DNA from: Phoronis australis
Taxonomy: Eukaryota > Animalia > Phoronida
Assembly (NCBI GenBank): GCA_002633005.1
Contig: NMRA01000012.1
Location: forward strand, 948,564 to 1,012,193
DNA: 63,630 nucleotides
Direction of reading: 5' to 3'
In this document: piece after piece, positions 1-12,854 of the stretch
Layout: each line of letters begins with the position of its first letter
Numbering within the stretch: the first letter of the stretch is position 1
Notes under the pieces: model-generated
The model's input: only the letters and a program-made list of their open reading frames with translations
The model's database searches: none
What the model was told of the DNA's origin: nothing
Made by a program: the position numbers and the translations under genes

Positions 1-40
1 TGCTGACGTATGATGACAAGATTCACAGAGTCATCTATTA

Positions 41-168
41 TCACGACTTTCTTGCCAGTTGCTCCCTAGCTTTCTTCAAAATGTTTCTTTTCCAATCTTC
101 ATAATCATCAACCTGGGTTTTTTCTTCATCTTTAACTTTTAATAATTTCACTGGTATGCTATTTGTGT
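41..168 (-). CDS. ORC6: ORC6 terminal exon with conserved C-terminal helix
   Basis: tatttcag acceptor; TNSIPVKLLKVKDEEKTQVDDYEDWKRNILKKAREQLARKS-TGA. Confidence 0.92.
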
Positions 169-3100
169 CTGAAATAATGACAAAAAATGTTAGAACAAAA
201 CCACTGACAGAAACGAAAGAGTCAGTAAGACGTCGTTTACAGTGAATCTTTATAGCAAAACAATTTTGTAAAACAGGGTACAGTCAAAGATACTATAGTT
301 TTCAAAAACACATCAAAAAATAAACGATACTTCCACAAAACTGATATTGTGTTGTATCACTGAGCTTACAAAAGGATCTGAAAACCTTCGTTATTCAATT
401 GAAAGGAGTTGAAACACTTTTAACAGCAAGATTTGTCTTACAACTGACTGAGTATCAGTAAATTACGGTAAATTATTATTAATATCATTTTTGCAAAAAC
501 CCTTCAAAAATATCAACGATATTTCTTCAAAATTGATTCATCTGAAAAATAGTTGAATTTTATTCAAGTTAATTACAAGTTACATCCTAGTCTAAGACCT
601 GGGCCCGGTCTCCAATCTCCGTACTCAGACTCATACTCATACTCGAGATTTCATACTCAAAATCGTGCTCACTGGAGTCGTACTCAAAAAAGCGTATCTA
701 ATGTCGGATTTCGAGTAGACTCCAAACGTACTCAAATCTGACACTCATACTCGAGTTGTTATGGAACTCTTTATGATATGAAATGCAAAATCACGCAAAG
801 CCGCGCTNTGAGTGACTACGCACATTACACTGTGAGTGACATCTTGTGGTTAACTTTATCTTTGCTACAGTCACAATTATCTAACATTGTGCAATCTATA
901 AACTCATGAAGATGTCAGATTCAACGTCATGACCACAAAAACCTTGAGACAGACTTTCCAATTTTCCAGATTGTCTAGACAAACTGAGGCACTTGTTATA
1001 ACATATTTGTCATAATGGTTACCATCTAAGCGGTCCTGTAATGTACTGAGGTATGGCTGTGGATTCATACTGTTTTCAGGAAGATTGGTATCTGAAAACA
1101 TAAATCCACCATTATAACTCAAGTATTAAACATACATGTATGATTCACTGATCACTCACATTCTGCAAAGAAAAGTTTGTAATCAAATCATAGCTCTGTT
1201 CACTACCCAAGGAGAACTACACGGTCTCACAATAGAGGTCTGAGTTTGTATCATGTGCTGGCTGGCATATAACGACAAATAACCATATCGGAAATGCATC
1301 TTTCCCCTTTTGTGGTAGGGACTCCAACACACTTCAGAGTCGGACATTAAGTGATTGAACGATTGCTCACAACTCGCTTTCAAATTTTAGATGTCTGCAT
1401 TGTAGCTCACTATACGACAGCAAAACTTTGTTGGCATCAAAACGACGAATGGCAAACTAATCTTTAAGTGGAACTTGCAGGCTATTCTCTGTGGTTTCTT
1501 GGCCAAATTAGTTAGAAACACAGCATATAGCGACGATGTGAATATGAAGTAGGCTGAAAATTGCCAAATGTTTTCAAGATTACGAGTTTTGTCTCAAAAA
1601 TAATCTGCCGCAAATCAATAAACCGTGTCCAGTAAGTATTGCGATGCGGTGGTGGGGAATGACATTGCATGATGCGGGGTACGTGAGCCCGCCAGGTACA
1701 TCAATTATGCAAATGGTCACCTATTTACAGAATTTTTTGTTTAGCGTAGATTATGTTAAAACAGTATTGTTGTTTTGTTCCATTAGCATAGTTAGGAGCA
1801 TGCAAATACATCTTTAATGCAAATAATGATTGGCATGGCAGTAGTGGACAACTGTGGGGCAAAAAAGTACCAAGGAGAGGTATAGCATATGGTGGGTAAA
1901 CACTGCAGAGCCACCATAGAGGACGATGTGGTATTGCTGGAAGTGGCTATTTATAATCATTACCTGAATTTAGTCTTTACTTGACCACATGAACGACAAT
2001 GAATGTGTAGAGAATGGGTAGAGAAAAGCAGTAACCAGCACTGATGTTTTCCTCTTTAAAATTTCTGTATTCTACTCTATTTCGTTATGACTCAGAAATT
2101 TGCCTTGTATGGTATTATGCCAACATCAGTGCGAAAATCCCTTTCAATGATCTAGGAATCAATATGAGAAGGAATAGAAACACAGCAATTTTCAAAGACT
2201 TATTCTATTCACTAATCCCATAATTGGTTTCAGTCATGGCTGTGGTTAGGCTGGTGAGCAATCCCACAAGTCTTAGTGTTACATCCAGAACTTGTACGCT
2301 TGGTGATTAGAGACGGAATGCAACGATGAGACAGATAAAGTAGCTTCATTGTATAAGATTCAATTTAAAGCATCCTTGCATGTCATGTTGTTGAAAACAC
2401 ATTTTAATTAGATATTATCACTGTTTGCTTGGTATTGTGTTTGTGCTTGTGTTGATGAAATTATGGCCTAGCACTGATACAAGGATACTAAACCCTGTTT
2501 TGGAGATTTCACCAAAATCTGGTTCTTTCACTTTCTGATGCACCATTCGTACCTCCCTTGAGTAATAAAAAGGCATACTCTCACTGTATCATAAAGTGAA
2601 ATTTGGGTTTTGAGGTACAAAATCTTTCCCCACAGTCGTCATGTAAGTCGCCTAAAGTGTTAGTCATGGTTAACAGATCAGGCACCCCTAAATCTGTCTA
2701 ATATGCATATTACCTAACTGCATGCTGACTTTCTCCAGTTGTTGTACGAGACTGTCAAACATTGCTTTCTTACTACCAGTCACTACCAATAGTTTAGCTC
2801 GGTCAATCTTGATTTTCAGTTTCCTGAAATAAGTTAATCGACATTTTAGCAAATTAAAGCAAATAGTTAAGGTGTGCCAATTTTGATTTTGAATTTCCTG
2901 AAATAGATTAATTCAATGCCAAAGGGCCCTTTGGTTCGATTTGTTTTTGGGATGGATCTTATTTTAGATTTTTTAACACTTTTTGCATCTCTTATTGCAT
3001 ATAACATACATTATGAGCATGTTATTGCTTCAAAAAGCAAATTCTTATTTCAAATCTCTGTCCATTAAATGTGTGCTAATGTAAGAACCAACAGGTTCTA

Positions 3101-6100
3101 GTCTGAGCCAGACTCATTTCGAAACCTGCGCTTCACTGTTTAAAGAAAAAAATGACCGCCAAAATTACTTCAAATTCTTCTTTCTTCCAAAGCTACACAA
3201 ACATATCTGTTAAGGTAGCCTGAACAAAGTGGTTTGGCAACTTAGCCATAATCACCTGTTTCATGAGCAAGACATGGGTTTCCAAAGGTAAATGGTGCAG
3301 TTTTAAGCTAGTCAGCCTAGTCCCATCCCTGCCCGACCGACCAAAGCAAATACCGCATGGCATCACCTCATACCAGGTGAATTTAAAAAACATGTCATCA
3401 ATTTTCAAAAACATCTCTGATCAAGACAAACGGTTATTGATCTAAATCAGAATATTGCCTTTACAGAGTACATAGTATACGCACCTTGTGGCAGCTACCA
3501 GTGCTGAGCCGTGGAAAAGAGGTGTTCCCAAGTCCAGATCATTACTTTTCCACACTTTTTCATACCTAAAAACATAAAGTGTCATCCAAATTTTCTGCTT
3601 AACAACAAGCACACTGTGAACAGAACTTGGATAAAATAAAAAGCGGGAGTTCTCTAACCATACATGTAAGAGCTAAAACCGAAGTCCACCTGTTGATGGA
3701 TGGTTTATCAAACACGTCATGGAGCCACTCTTTCAACTCTCTCGTAACCTAGAGATTTCCCACAAAGATTGTCATGTGATCGCATGTAGTGACAGATATT
3801 CAGGACTCAACCTTGAAAAAATGTCGCAACAACTCTTTCAACATAGGTAGGTTCCAGTATTAGGACTGATTTCCAACATTCAACATCAGCCCATAACTGT
3901 AACATTCTTTAAGGCCCTTGTGCTACAATGTATAACTGGAACATTCTTTAAGGCCCTTGTGCTACAATGTATAACTGGAACATTCTTTAAGGCCCTTGTG
4001 CTACAATGTAATGATCAGAACCAAAAGGGAGTAAAAGTAAATGAATCCCTGGTTCAATACTGCCAATACACATATTAACTAGTAGGGTTTCCTAAGAATG
4101 AGCTTGGTTTCCCCAGTCTCTTGACTAGGAATGGGTTGAATTTACGCACCCCTTTAGTTGTGCCTTGCTTTGTGATGTGTTGATGGGATAAAACAACATT
4201 TGGCTAAATTTCCAATTTTTACAAATAGAAAAATTTGGCAACTTTCATGCGAAACAAATGATTATTAATGTCTACTTTAATTTCTTGCATAATTTCTACA
4301 CTCATACATAGAACTTGGTTCAACATACTCAGCTAGGATCTTCATTGCCAAATCTGTAGCCTCTGTGCATCCAAACTGTATTGCTAACTCTCTGATGCTT
4401 GTCTTTGTTTGGAGACCCAATACACGCTCTAGTGCCTTAAGGTTAGTGGAGTAAACCTTCCTGTTGACACCGGACACCTTTTGGGCTAGTTTCTGGAACA
4501 AAACATTTCCTGTAACAATTACCGCATGCAGTAGACTGTAGCCATGTCTCAACAAAAACCCCAATATGAACATTGCCAAAATAGACTGAATTTATTGCAA
4601 CTTCATTTTCAAAAATGTAAAATTTCCCTTTATCTTTGCTGGATATGCATGCATTTAGGCCCATGTGTGCATTAGTGAAAGTTTGTCTATATCTGGAATT
4701 GGGCTCATGGGCTTCTACACCGTATGTGAAATAATTGAGATTAAAACCTAGGAGCATGAATTTTAATATATAACATGTGAGTGAAGCTCAACTTATTAGC
4801 TACAAAATGTTAGATGCTGACCTACACTCTACTGTCAATATCATCCGCACACTTGGAGAAATAGGTGGATTAAACCCATTACGGCTCTACTCTAAAGCAT
4901 GACCAAAATGGTTATTGTTTTGTATGAATATCTCTAACTGATTTTTCTTCTAAATTCTCACTATAGCCTAACCACTAATGAAAGTATTACTTCATTGAAT
5001 AAATGTGTATATCTCTTTATTCTTACCTGTTCTCTCTCTAGTTTGGATTTCCATAATCTATTTTAATTGCTTTTAATAAATGAGTTATTCTGTTTTGACA
5101 GAAGAAACCTTAATTCTCCCTCAGCAAGACTTGTGCAGTGACTCCACAGGAGTCCACGCGGCAACACATGGATTGCGTGATACTCAGACTAAACTGTGCA
5201 GAATGGGTTTGAGGAGGAAGGTTTTATGTCTTTGGCCACTGCCACCCCCCNCCCCCCCCCCCCCCCCTCCCCAATCCGCCTATGTTGATAGTTTGCTAGT
5301 CAACGTTTTTTGAACGATAAATGGTAAATGGTGCTGAAAACATGGAAGCATTCTCTGCTCTCGGGAGATTGACTAAGTGGCTCTCAAACAGGAGACCTCT
5401 CTAACCCAATCGTACCCTCTTCGGCGCCTGGTCACTCTGGCTAGGCATAAGGGAAAACCCCTGGGGACTAATACCCTGGTTTCTGAGTCTTAAGCCAGTT
5501 GCGGTTGGTGGTAAGCAACACAGAACTTTGTGTATCAAGAAATCTTTGGTCAACAGCAGTGAAAAAACGGAACAAGCCTCTGGACCGTTAGACCTAAGAG
5601 GTAGCGAGGCTCTGGCACTTGGAGGTAGACATACCAAACCAGGGAAATACATCTGTAGCAGAAGCCCTTTCACTGAGGATCACATGCTCTCTTGGAAGAA
5701 CCATTGTAGGGAACTGTTGAAACCAACGTAGACCCTATAGGTCTGTGGATGCAGGAAAGCCTTGATGCTACCCTACACAAGACAATACCACAAATACTAT
5801 GAAGTCAATTAAGATATCCATGTAAAACAATGCCCAAGAGGGCAAATAAAACCAAAGGTCTCTTACCTTGTCAAAAGGTTGCTCCAAAACAGAAGCTGCA
5901 AGCTCTAGACATTGCACAACTTTACAAGAGCTAGGCAGATTAAGTCCAGTAAGGCTCTGTCTTCGTACCTCAGTCAGTCTCAGCAATTCATTGGCTTGTC
6001 TGAAAAGAAATACATACGAGACAATTTGTTTATTATACAGCTAGCTTTATGGCAAAACAATGACACAATATGAGGGCATTGAAGAAGGCATTAAACGTTT

Positions 6101-7012
6101 TGTTATTTAAGCTGTTAAGAAATCCCCCAGCTTCGAGACTTGAACATGAGATTGTCAGCGTGAGAGCTAAGCTGTCCAAAGCATTTCACCATGAAGCAAT
6201 TGCCTATTGGCATGTAATTTGGAGAGGCCTTATTGGAATGTACATGGCATTCAGAAGTCAAGTGATACAGCCAAGCAGAATACACACGTCCTGTGATGAC
6301 AACACACTCTCCACTATGCTTGTGTGACTATTTTTATGATCTGAGTTCTGAGTCAGCTTTTGAATAATGACCACTGACATGCTGCTTAAAAATAGATGAC
6401 ATTCGATCGACAAAACAATTTTGTACAACTGTCAGCCAGGACATTGTTCCCAAAGCACAGGCACTCTGTCTTATCACCCATATAATAATTAGAGAGAAAG
6501 GCAATCACTGCTATCAGCAGTATGAAGTCAAGTGGATGGTAACTGTTCAAGTAGACAATGACCATCATCTGTGGCTGGCGTAGCCATGCAGCAGAGACGA
6601 TGGTTATTGTCTACTGTTCATGTAGCCTTCATTTCATACAGCTAGCTGGCTGGCTACTGTTCATATGTTGCTTAATTAGACTAAGAGTCGCTGGTCACGT
6701 TGTGGTACATTTCCTATAAAAGCTTAATCAGTAGTTCACAGTTCTTACTAAGTTACAGTACCTTGAAATTTTTTTCTGGGACTTTGGGATAAAAGAAACT
6801 ATGTTTGTCTAAGAAGCATGCGTTTAACTCTACTAAGTCAAAAGATCTGATTAAGAAAGAATCAGCTTGGGGCTGGGCATAGGGCAACGCGAGTCGATCA
6901 CCATCCAGTTCACAAGAAGATTAAAATATATTCGTTAAAGTTTTTACCGTATGATAGGTGTGCTCCTCACACCCATTTTCTTGGCCGCAGTCTCACAATT
7001 CTCGACCTCCAT
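41..7012 (-). CDS. ORC6: Origin recognition complex subunit 6, spliced: join(7012-6948,5999-5867,4492-4329,3565-3485,2823-2714,168-41), ~226 aa
   Basis: Six GT-AG exons (65,133,164,81,110,128 nt) splice in frame to MEVENCETAAKKMGVRSTPIIRQANELLRLTEVRR..CLELAAS..SIRELAIQFGC..DLDLGTPLF..KIKIDRAKL..DDYEDWKRNILKKA. This matches ORC6 motifs (IRDLAVQFSC, DYEEWKRKIL). Exon 1 (65 nt), exon 3 (164 nt) and the intron phases match human ORC6 as I recall them. Confidence 0.95.
1464..1817. mobile_element. TTAA-flanked non-autonomous DNA transposon (Kolobok-type MITE), copy 1
   Basis: TTAA at both ends and imperfect TIRs (tggaacttgca / tgcaaatacatct); clearly homologous to 12426-12854. Confidence 0.6.
2714..2823 (-). 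CDS. ORC6: ORC6 exon 5
   Basis: tatttcag acceptor; KLKIKIDRAKLLVVTGSKKAMFDSLVQQLEKVSMQL; GTAATA donor. Confidence 0.93.
3485..3565 (-). CDS. ORC6: ORC6 exon 4
   Basis: tttttag acceptor; YEKVWKSNDLDLGTPLFHGSALVAAT; GTGCGT donor; 81 nt. Confidence 0.9.
3893..4009. repeat. Tandem repeat, 39 bp x3
   Basis: ataactggaacattctttaaggcccttgtgctacaatgt repeated three times with one mismatch. Confidence 0.95.
4329..4492 (-). CDS. ORC6: ORC6 exon 3
   Basis: ttttgttccag acceptor; KLAQKVSGVNRKVYSTNLKALERVLGLQTKTSIRELAIQFGCTEATDLAMKILA; GTATGT donor. Confidence 0.95.
5867..5999 (-). CDS. ORC6: ORC6 exon 2
   Basis: tttcttttcag acceptor; QANELLRLTEVRRQSLTGLNLPSSCKVVQCLELAASVLEQPFDK; GTAAGA donor. Confidence 0.93.
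6552..6613. mobile_element. ~60-bp palindromic TAG...CTA mini-element, copy 1
   Basis: tagacaatgaccatc...gatggttattgtcta; flanks ctgttcaag/ctgttcatg resemble a 9-bp TSD; second copy at 48596-48652. Confidence 0.55.
6948..7012 (-). CDS. ORC6: ORC6 exon 1 (ATG at 7012)
   Basis: MEVENCETAAKKMGVRSTPII + CG then GTAAAA donor; 65 nt, phase 2. Confidence 0.88.
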
Positions 7013-7625
7013 TCCGGGGGGAGACAAGCAAAATATTGAAATGCGCGTTTGCCACCGCCACTGCACCTGGGCCGGGGAAAATAGGTCAACTATCTGACCA
7101 TCCTAGCGGAAAGCCGCAACACTAGAATAAGTACCGGTAGGGGAAACCGCAGCACAGTGACTTTCATGGTACCGTTGCACTCTTTCACAGTGCTACAAAA
7201 GGTAATACTGTGGAATCATAGACTAGGAAACTCTTATACTTGGACGCCTTTTCCCTATTTAAAATAACTCTTAAAAGCATTGATGAAATTTGGATACTTC
7301 CCCAAAAAATTACTCGCACAATTCAAATGACAATAAATGCAAAAGTGCTTTTTGATTTCGGAACAAGGTTTATTGTTCAGTCACTAACAGGAGATCAAAA
7401 GGGAATTTAGTCATGAAATCAAAGTAAACGCATTGCTCATGGATTTGATTGTGTATCGACGAAAGTGGACTGATTGAGAGATGATTTTTTGACAATCTTG
7501 TAACTGAAAAAAAGACAATACTTCAATGAACATTGGGAAAATTCGATCTATCATCAGATTCCCAAATATTAAAGTACATTAAACAATTTTTGTCTATCTA
7601 GCACGTCCTGACTGGCACACCCACG

Positions 7626-7830
7626 TTAAAAATAAGGTGTAACCATGCAATAGGCCTTCTTAGAATCACGGTTGTCCCACGGGAACTGAATTTGACTCCA
7701 GACGTTGAAGTGTGTACATTTTTGGGATACACTCTGTATCATTTTCCCCAGCATCCAGTGGACTACCGGCTGTGTTTCATCAAGGGATTCTGAAACGTGG
7801 GCCACAAAGGCACTCCTACCAGGCAACTCG
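7626..7830 (-). pseudogene. Degenerate hAT transposase N-terminal (TTF-type zinc finger-like) remnant
   Basis: HFNVWSQIQFPWDNRDSKKAYCMVTPYF resembles the F..W...FPWL.YS...D.AYCFVCR.F motif of ZMYM1-like hAT transposases; decayed. Confidence 0.4.
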
Positions 7831-8274
7831 TGACCTCACCTTTCCAAAAATTACTTCAAAGAATGGACATAATAAAATGAAGTTTTCCCGAAACTGGATC
7901 ATAAAAGGATCCTTGACCATCGACTCAGTTATCAGCGGTACTTCCGGCAGCTCACAGCTATACCCGTCAGTCAACTCGGGGCCTAGACCCATTCTTACTC
8001 TCCGTGAATCTTTGTTGGTTCACGGTTACTCATATCCTGATGGTTGCATCCCCGGTATTATCCACACCTATGGCGGACGTGGGGGGTGATGTTGACATCC
8101 ATAGAACGGGGGGTTGCCGATAGCAAGGGCCGGGGTAGGTTGGCGAAGTCAAGTTTGTGGCCCCCCCCCAATAATTTTTTCCTTCCTAAGGGCCTGTATC
8201 TGGTACACTAACTCTCACGCGCCTTTTATTCAAAATGCGACTCCGGCTGATCAACCCTGCTGGTCTGACAATTA

Positions 8275-8409
8275 CCTGGGCGGCGCAGCACTGAAAAAAG
8301 TACTGTGCTAAAGCCCCCCAGCCCCTCTGTGGTGCTCCATCTATAGACCATGTGCTGCGCAGCACTGAAAAAAGTGGGGGCTAAAGCCCCCTATGGTGCG
8401 CCGCCCATC
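8275..8409. mobile_element. Dimeric ~70-bp GC-rich MITE (CATGGGCGGCGCA TIR), copy 1
   Basis: Two head-to-tail units gcgcagcactgaaaaaag...tgcgccgcccat; same dimer at 15151-15293. Confidence 0.7.
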
Positions 8410-9689
8410 AGTGCCTACTGAATGTCCACGAAGCAGGTGTCACGGACAAGAGGTCGGTTAACGTGGAGAGGTAATGCATTGTTTCATAATCAATAGGATT
8501 TGAAATATGTGAATATAAGGAACATCATACATTATTAATTAGCTTATTAAATTACCGGTACATCCCGTATGGTTGTGGACTTATTGAGTTAGGTTTGTAT
8601 AAAATCAACTAACTAATGTTGGATTTATGAGTTATCATCGCCAGCGTCGTATGCAATTTAAGTTTATAAAAAACGTTTCTTGAAGGACAAAGAAACTTTT
8701 TTCATGTCATTTTTACAAAAATATGGTTCATTGATTATCCCAGACATATATTTCAGTTAATTACAGCTTCTCGTAATTTTATTAATTAGTCGCGCCCTAC
8801 TCCGGAAGTGACGTCTAGGGTCTTAAGAATTTGCCACCATTTTGTTACTAACCTATTTTGTGAATTCAAAGGTCCTAGCGTAGGTCCTAGCTTCTGCTGA
8901 ACGCACGCCGGGTGTTCAGGCCAGTAGTATCACTGTGATATGGTCACTAGGGTCACTTGCATCCCTCAATCGGCTGCGTGCGACAAGGGCGAAGCCCTAG
9001 CCCAGGAACATCCAACATTCTCCGAAGCAAATGCTCCAACCTATACTGTGACAGGAAACCGTCATCGAATTGTTGCGTTTCTGGAAGACATGTTCTTAAA
9101 GTTTCCATTTCGTGATTAAGTAGCCTTGTCGACATGTCCAGCTTGAGGTTATCGCCAAAGAGCACATGTGCATGCTCACTCATGCACATGCGCACGCCGT
9201 GCCTATACTGGTTGTGTCAATAGGCCGGCAGGATTGACGAAACAGAATGGATGAAACTGAATTGAATTCACAACACTATAAGAAAGACGAAACAGAATCG
9301 ATTAAACAACGTTGAATTTACAAAACAGGATAGAATATACAAAACAGCATTGAGTTCACGATATGGAATCGACGAGTGTGGATTGCATTGGTGTTATAGC
9401 ATTGAATGCTCAAGATAGGATTGATTTGTCGTACAATTGCCATTGAGTTTATTAAATGGAATTGAATATGCAATTTAATATTTTTTGCATGAATGGCTGC
9501 CCATATCCTAACGTTCACATAAGGCTAGTACTCTATTGTATATATATTTTTGTGGTTTTTAGGTTGTGTCAATGAGCATCAATGCAAGGGGTGGGGACAT
9601 CCGCGGCTACTTGTACCCTAAATGGAGTACCCCGGAATATAGGTTACAATGTATCCAAGTCAACACCAGTCAACAGTTAAACTATTGTT

Positions 9690-11110
9690 ACGCACAGTAA
9701 AACTTGCGTAACGCGGATCTAATGGGACCGAATTATTCATCAATGCAAGTAAGGAAAATCTGACTGAGGAGCTGAGCTCAGATACACTAAACAATATCTG
9801 AGGGCTGAGTAAATGATTTCGAAGTGTTACCGGGCTGTGGAATATTACTTTGTAGCGGAAGTTGGCGGTATTCAAAGTTAAATACTTCAGATTTAATGCA
9901 AAATAAAGTTCGACTGGTTTTATTATAACCAGTGCATCCAGTGTCATGAGGAAAGTGATTGTTAGTCTTGGTGCAATTTGACCTACACTGTAGGTTGAAT
10001 TGCTGACTGGAATGACCTTCCCATGTCGGGAAGAGCATGTTCCTTTTCCCTCAAGAAACTTGGATGGAACCTCAATCTAACATCTTTGCAAATGTCAGCC
10101 GGCAGTGAAAGTGNTGTCACTTAGTGAACTGGTTTTTGAAACGTTTCTGGTTTTGTAGTTCTTGTATTTCACACATGCCCACTTATTACAGTATGAGGAA
10201 CTACTGTATTTTGCGCTAGAGCATTTTTTGCTGCAATTATTCACTGTTAATGAAATCACGGTTAATAGAACTCTGTTTATGTTAAATGATGTCTGAAAAT
10301 CATTAAATTTGTTACTATACTCCACTCTTGTTTAATTTAGTGAAACTCGAATTTTCTGAATACGTACGTGGAATTCTTGGCACTTTGCGAGCTCTTCCAG
10401 CCATCTGTTAGTATCGACAAAGCAAACATGGAAGCTGGGTATGATATCTTCATCAATCTGTGTACGTCCATGGAGTCACCTCTTGACAGTTAGCAGCGTG
10501 TGTAACTTCGCTTTCAAGAATAAAGGGATCTTCCCGTGCATCTGCAAAGCTGCTAGGCTGCTTTTCACGGGCGGCCTTTGTTAGTGTGGTAGAAGACGAG
10601 AGAACTTTCAGCAAAATGAAAATTATCAAAAATTGCCCCTGTTCATCTATGAATGGAGAAAGACTTGACGACCTGATTGTTCTTGCAACTGAAAAGGATT
10701 TGACGGAAAATAAGCGCTGACGCCATAGTCGACGTCTGGAGTAAGAAAAAGAACAGGAACCTAAAGATAAAGATCGCAAGTTTGTGAAATCTCGCGATTC
10801 CACAATGTCTTGCAAATAAATTTCTATACATCAGAACATGTTACATGCGTATTTCAAAACAATCCATCAGATCTTCAAAACATTTAAACAATTACTGAAA
10901 TTTAATACGCTTATTGGCGTACTGTTTGAATTTTTTTTCGAAAACACGATCATGCGCGTACTTTTGGATGGGCATATTTACGGAAATTTACTGTAATTAA
11001 TTGTTGAGTAATTGTTATTTACTAACAGCCGGAATATTGGGGGGAGCTTATGTCCGCCCCTCAACATTTTGATTGTGGGAGCGCTGACCATACCGAATTG
11101 TCGACGGTCC
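9690..11110 (+). pseudogene. hAT transposase relic (C-terminal dimerisation domain) with probable right end
   Basis: About 10515-10770 reads, across frameshifts, FPCICKAARLLFT..VSVVEDERTFSKMKIIKNCPCSSMNGERLDDLIVLATEKDLTE..AIVDVWSKKKNRNLKI, the hAT dimerisation motif (ERSFSKLKIIKN.LRS.M..ERL..L). Stops interrupt the upstream part; G/C-run subterminal region at 11030-11110. Confidence 0.75.
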
Positions 11111-12099
11111 TATCACCCTCACCAGACCCCTATCGAGCACACAGCGCTTAATGGAATGTTGCACAAGGCAACAGAGCCATATGAGCCGTCAAACTGGGGC
11201 AGAAATGCTGTAATTGCCTCCGGGGAAAATGGAAGTGACGGCTACCCGGGATAGGACCTTTGTCATATTATTTTCAGCCGGGGTAGAAAAAAATCGACTC
11301 GGGGGTGGATGTAAAAACACTGTGACCTCGGGGGGAGGGCAGAATTTATTTTTTCATGATTACATTAAATATGGAATTGTTTTACCTTTCTTTCATACAA
11401 TTAAGTTCTTTGTTTAGTCTCAAGTGTCGCTCTCCAGTTTGCTGACTCGATCAGTGGAGCCTGGCCATAGGGTAACAGAAGTTGATATTCTAACGTTACA
11501 TTAAAAGGGTACCTTTGTTAAAACATTTTGTTTTTCCCGCCATATCCTCACTTCGTTGACGTAGGTGGGTATGTAAATACTCAATATTTTACGTAAAGCG
11601 TAAGAAATGTAAAATTGGTTATCACTGGTCAACAATAAAACAATTCTTAATGCTATTTCTTGGGCATTGTTAAAATATGCCTTTAAGTCCACTGTTGCGC
11701 CAAAATATTAGAAAAATGCCAGACTGAAAATAAAATGTAAAGGCGTAAAATGGAAAGGATGTAACTTCGGATGTCAACTATTCGTACCCGTTGAATACCA
11801 CACAGGCGAAGAAGGTTTAGAGTTCAGTGGCTGTCTCGCGGGTAGAAAAAACCAGCGAAAATCACGCGTTCTCCTTTAAAATACATGACAGTATCTTACG
11901 TAATCTCGCGAAGTCTTGCTTTTTAGCAAGGTCCTAGCGGTAGGTCGAACTAGCGTTATTAAATTCTACCATGCAATGTGAGGGTACGTACCCGCATTAC
12001 TTTTCATTGACTGTGTAATCAGTCTGCATGGTGTGTAACGTGTCGAGTGGAGAAATTGTATTTACTATAACGTCACAGACCGAGAGCATATAAATAAGT

Positions 12100-12224
12100 G
12101 AGGGAATAAGATTTAATTGCTCGTGGAACCTGTGAGGCTACAATCGGGCGACAGCTCCAGCTATACAGTGTGTCGTTCCGTCTAGGGGTTAGGCCTTCGG
12201 CTTCAGCCTGAAGTTCAGGGTTAG
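12100..12224 (+). other. Probable non-coding first exon of the cupin/JmjC-like gene (5' boundary approximate)
   Basis: Strong TAG|GTAAGT donor at 12224/12225 in a CpG-richer region; the ATG exon has an acceptor (tttcgtttcag, 13862) that needs an upstream exon. Confidence 0.4.
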
Positions 12225-12425
12225 GTAAGTGAGACTATGCAAATTTCTTGCACCTTACTCGTTTCATAGGCATCGACGTTTGTTTTCAAGAGAGCACGTG
12301 ATTGTGGCGAGATGTTCTCGCCGCGAGACAGATTTATATGAGCTCTATCCCACTGCAGCCGGCACTACGTACAAAGGTTGGTACAAAGCTGTATAGTCTT
12401 CATACAGCTAGCTGGCTGGCTAGTC

Positions 12426-12854
12426 TTAAAATGGAACTTGCATGCTACTTCCTTATCTCTGATTGCTTGCCCAAATTAGTTAGAAGCACAACATGTAGCG
12501 ACGGTGTGCCAACCGCGGTACTCCAAATGTGTTAAGAACCGAGTTCAGAAGCAAAAGTGACATGCTCTAAATCACTGAACCGTGTCCAGCAGTATTGTGA
12601 CGTGGTGCTGGGAATAACACTGCTTGATGTGAACTATGCGAGCCCGTGAGGTACGTAATTAGTGCAAAGGTCACCTATTTGTAGAATTTTTTATTTTCAC
12701 ATTTACAATTTGCCAATAAATACAACTGCACTTTGCCTGTCCCACTGCAGTCGGCACTAATACAACTTAAGCAGTAGATTATGTTGAAATAGCATTGTCG
12801 TTTAGTTCCTGCATTTGGATTAGCAAAGTTAGGAGCATGCAAATACATCTTTAA
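12426..12854. mobile_element. TTAA-flanked Kolobok-type MITE, copy 2
   Basis: ttaaaatggaacttgcatgct ... agcatgcaaatacatctttaa; homologous to 1464-1817. Confidence 0.65.

Noticed and set aside
553-1383. ORF-track ORFs of 60-72 aa in the last ORC6 intron
   Set aside because: No recognisable motifs; 600-780 is a low-complexity (ACTC/ATACTC) repeat fragment.
1960-2070. Candidate ORC6 linker exon (ILKRKTSVL)
   Set aside because: The acceptor lacks a pyrimidine tract and the frame hits a stop before the next good donor.
7148-7200. Two CACAGTG heptamers suggesting RSS-like signals
   Set aside because: No properly spaced nonamer, TIR partner or TSD; expected by chance.
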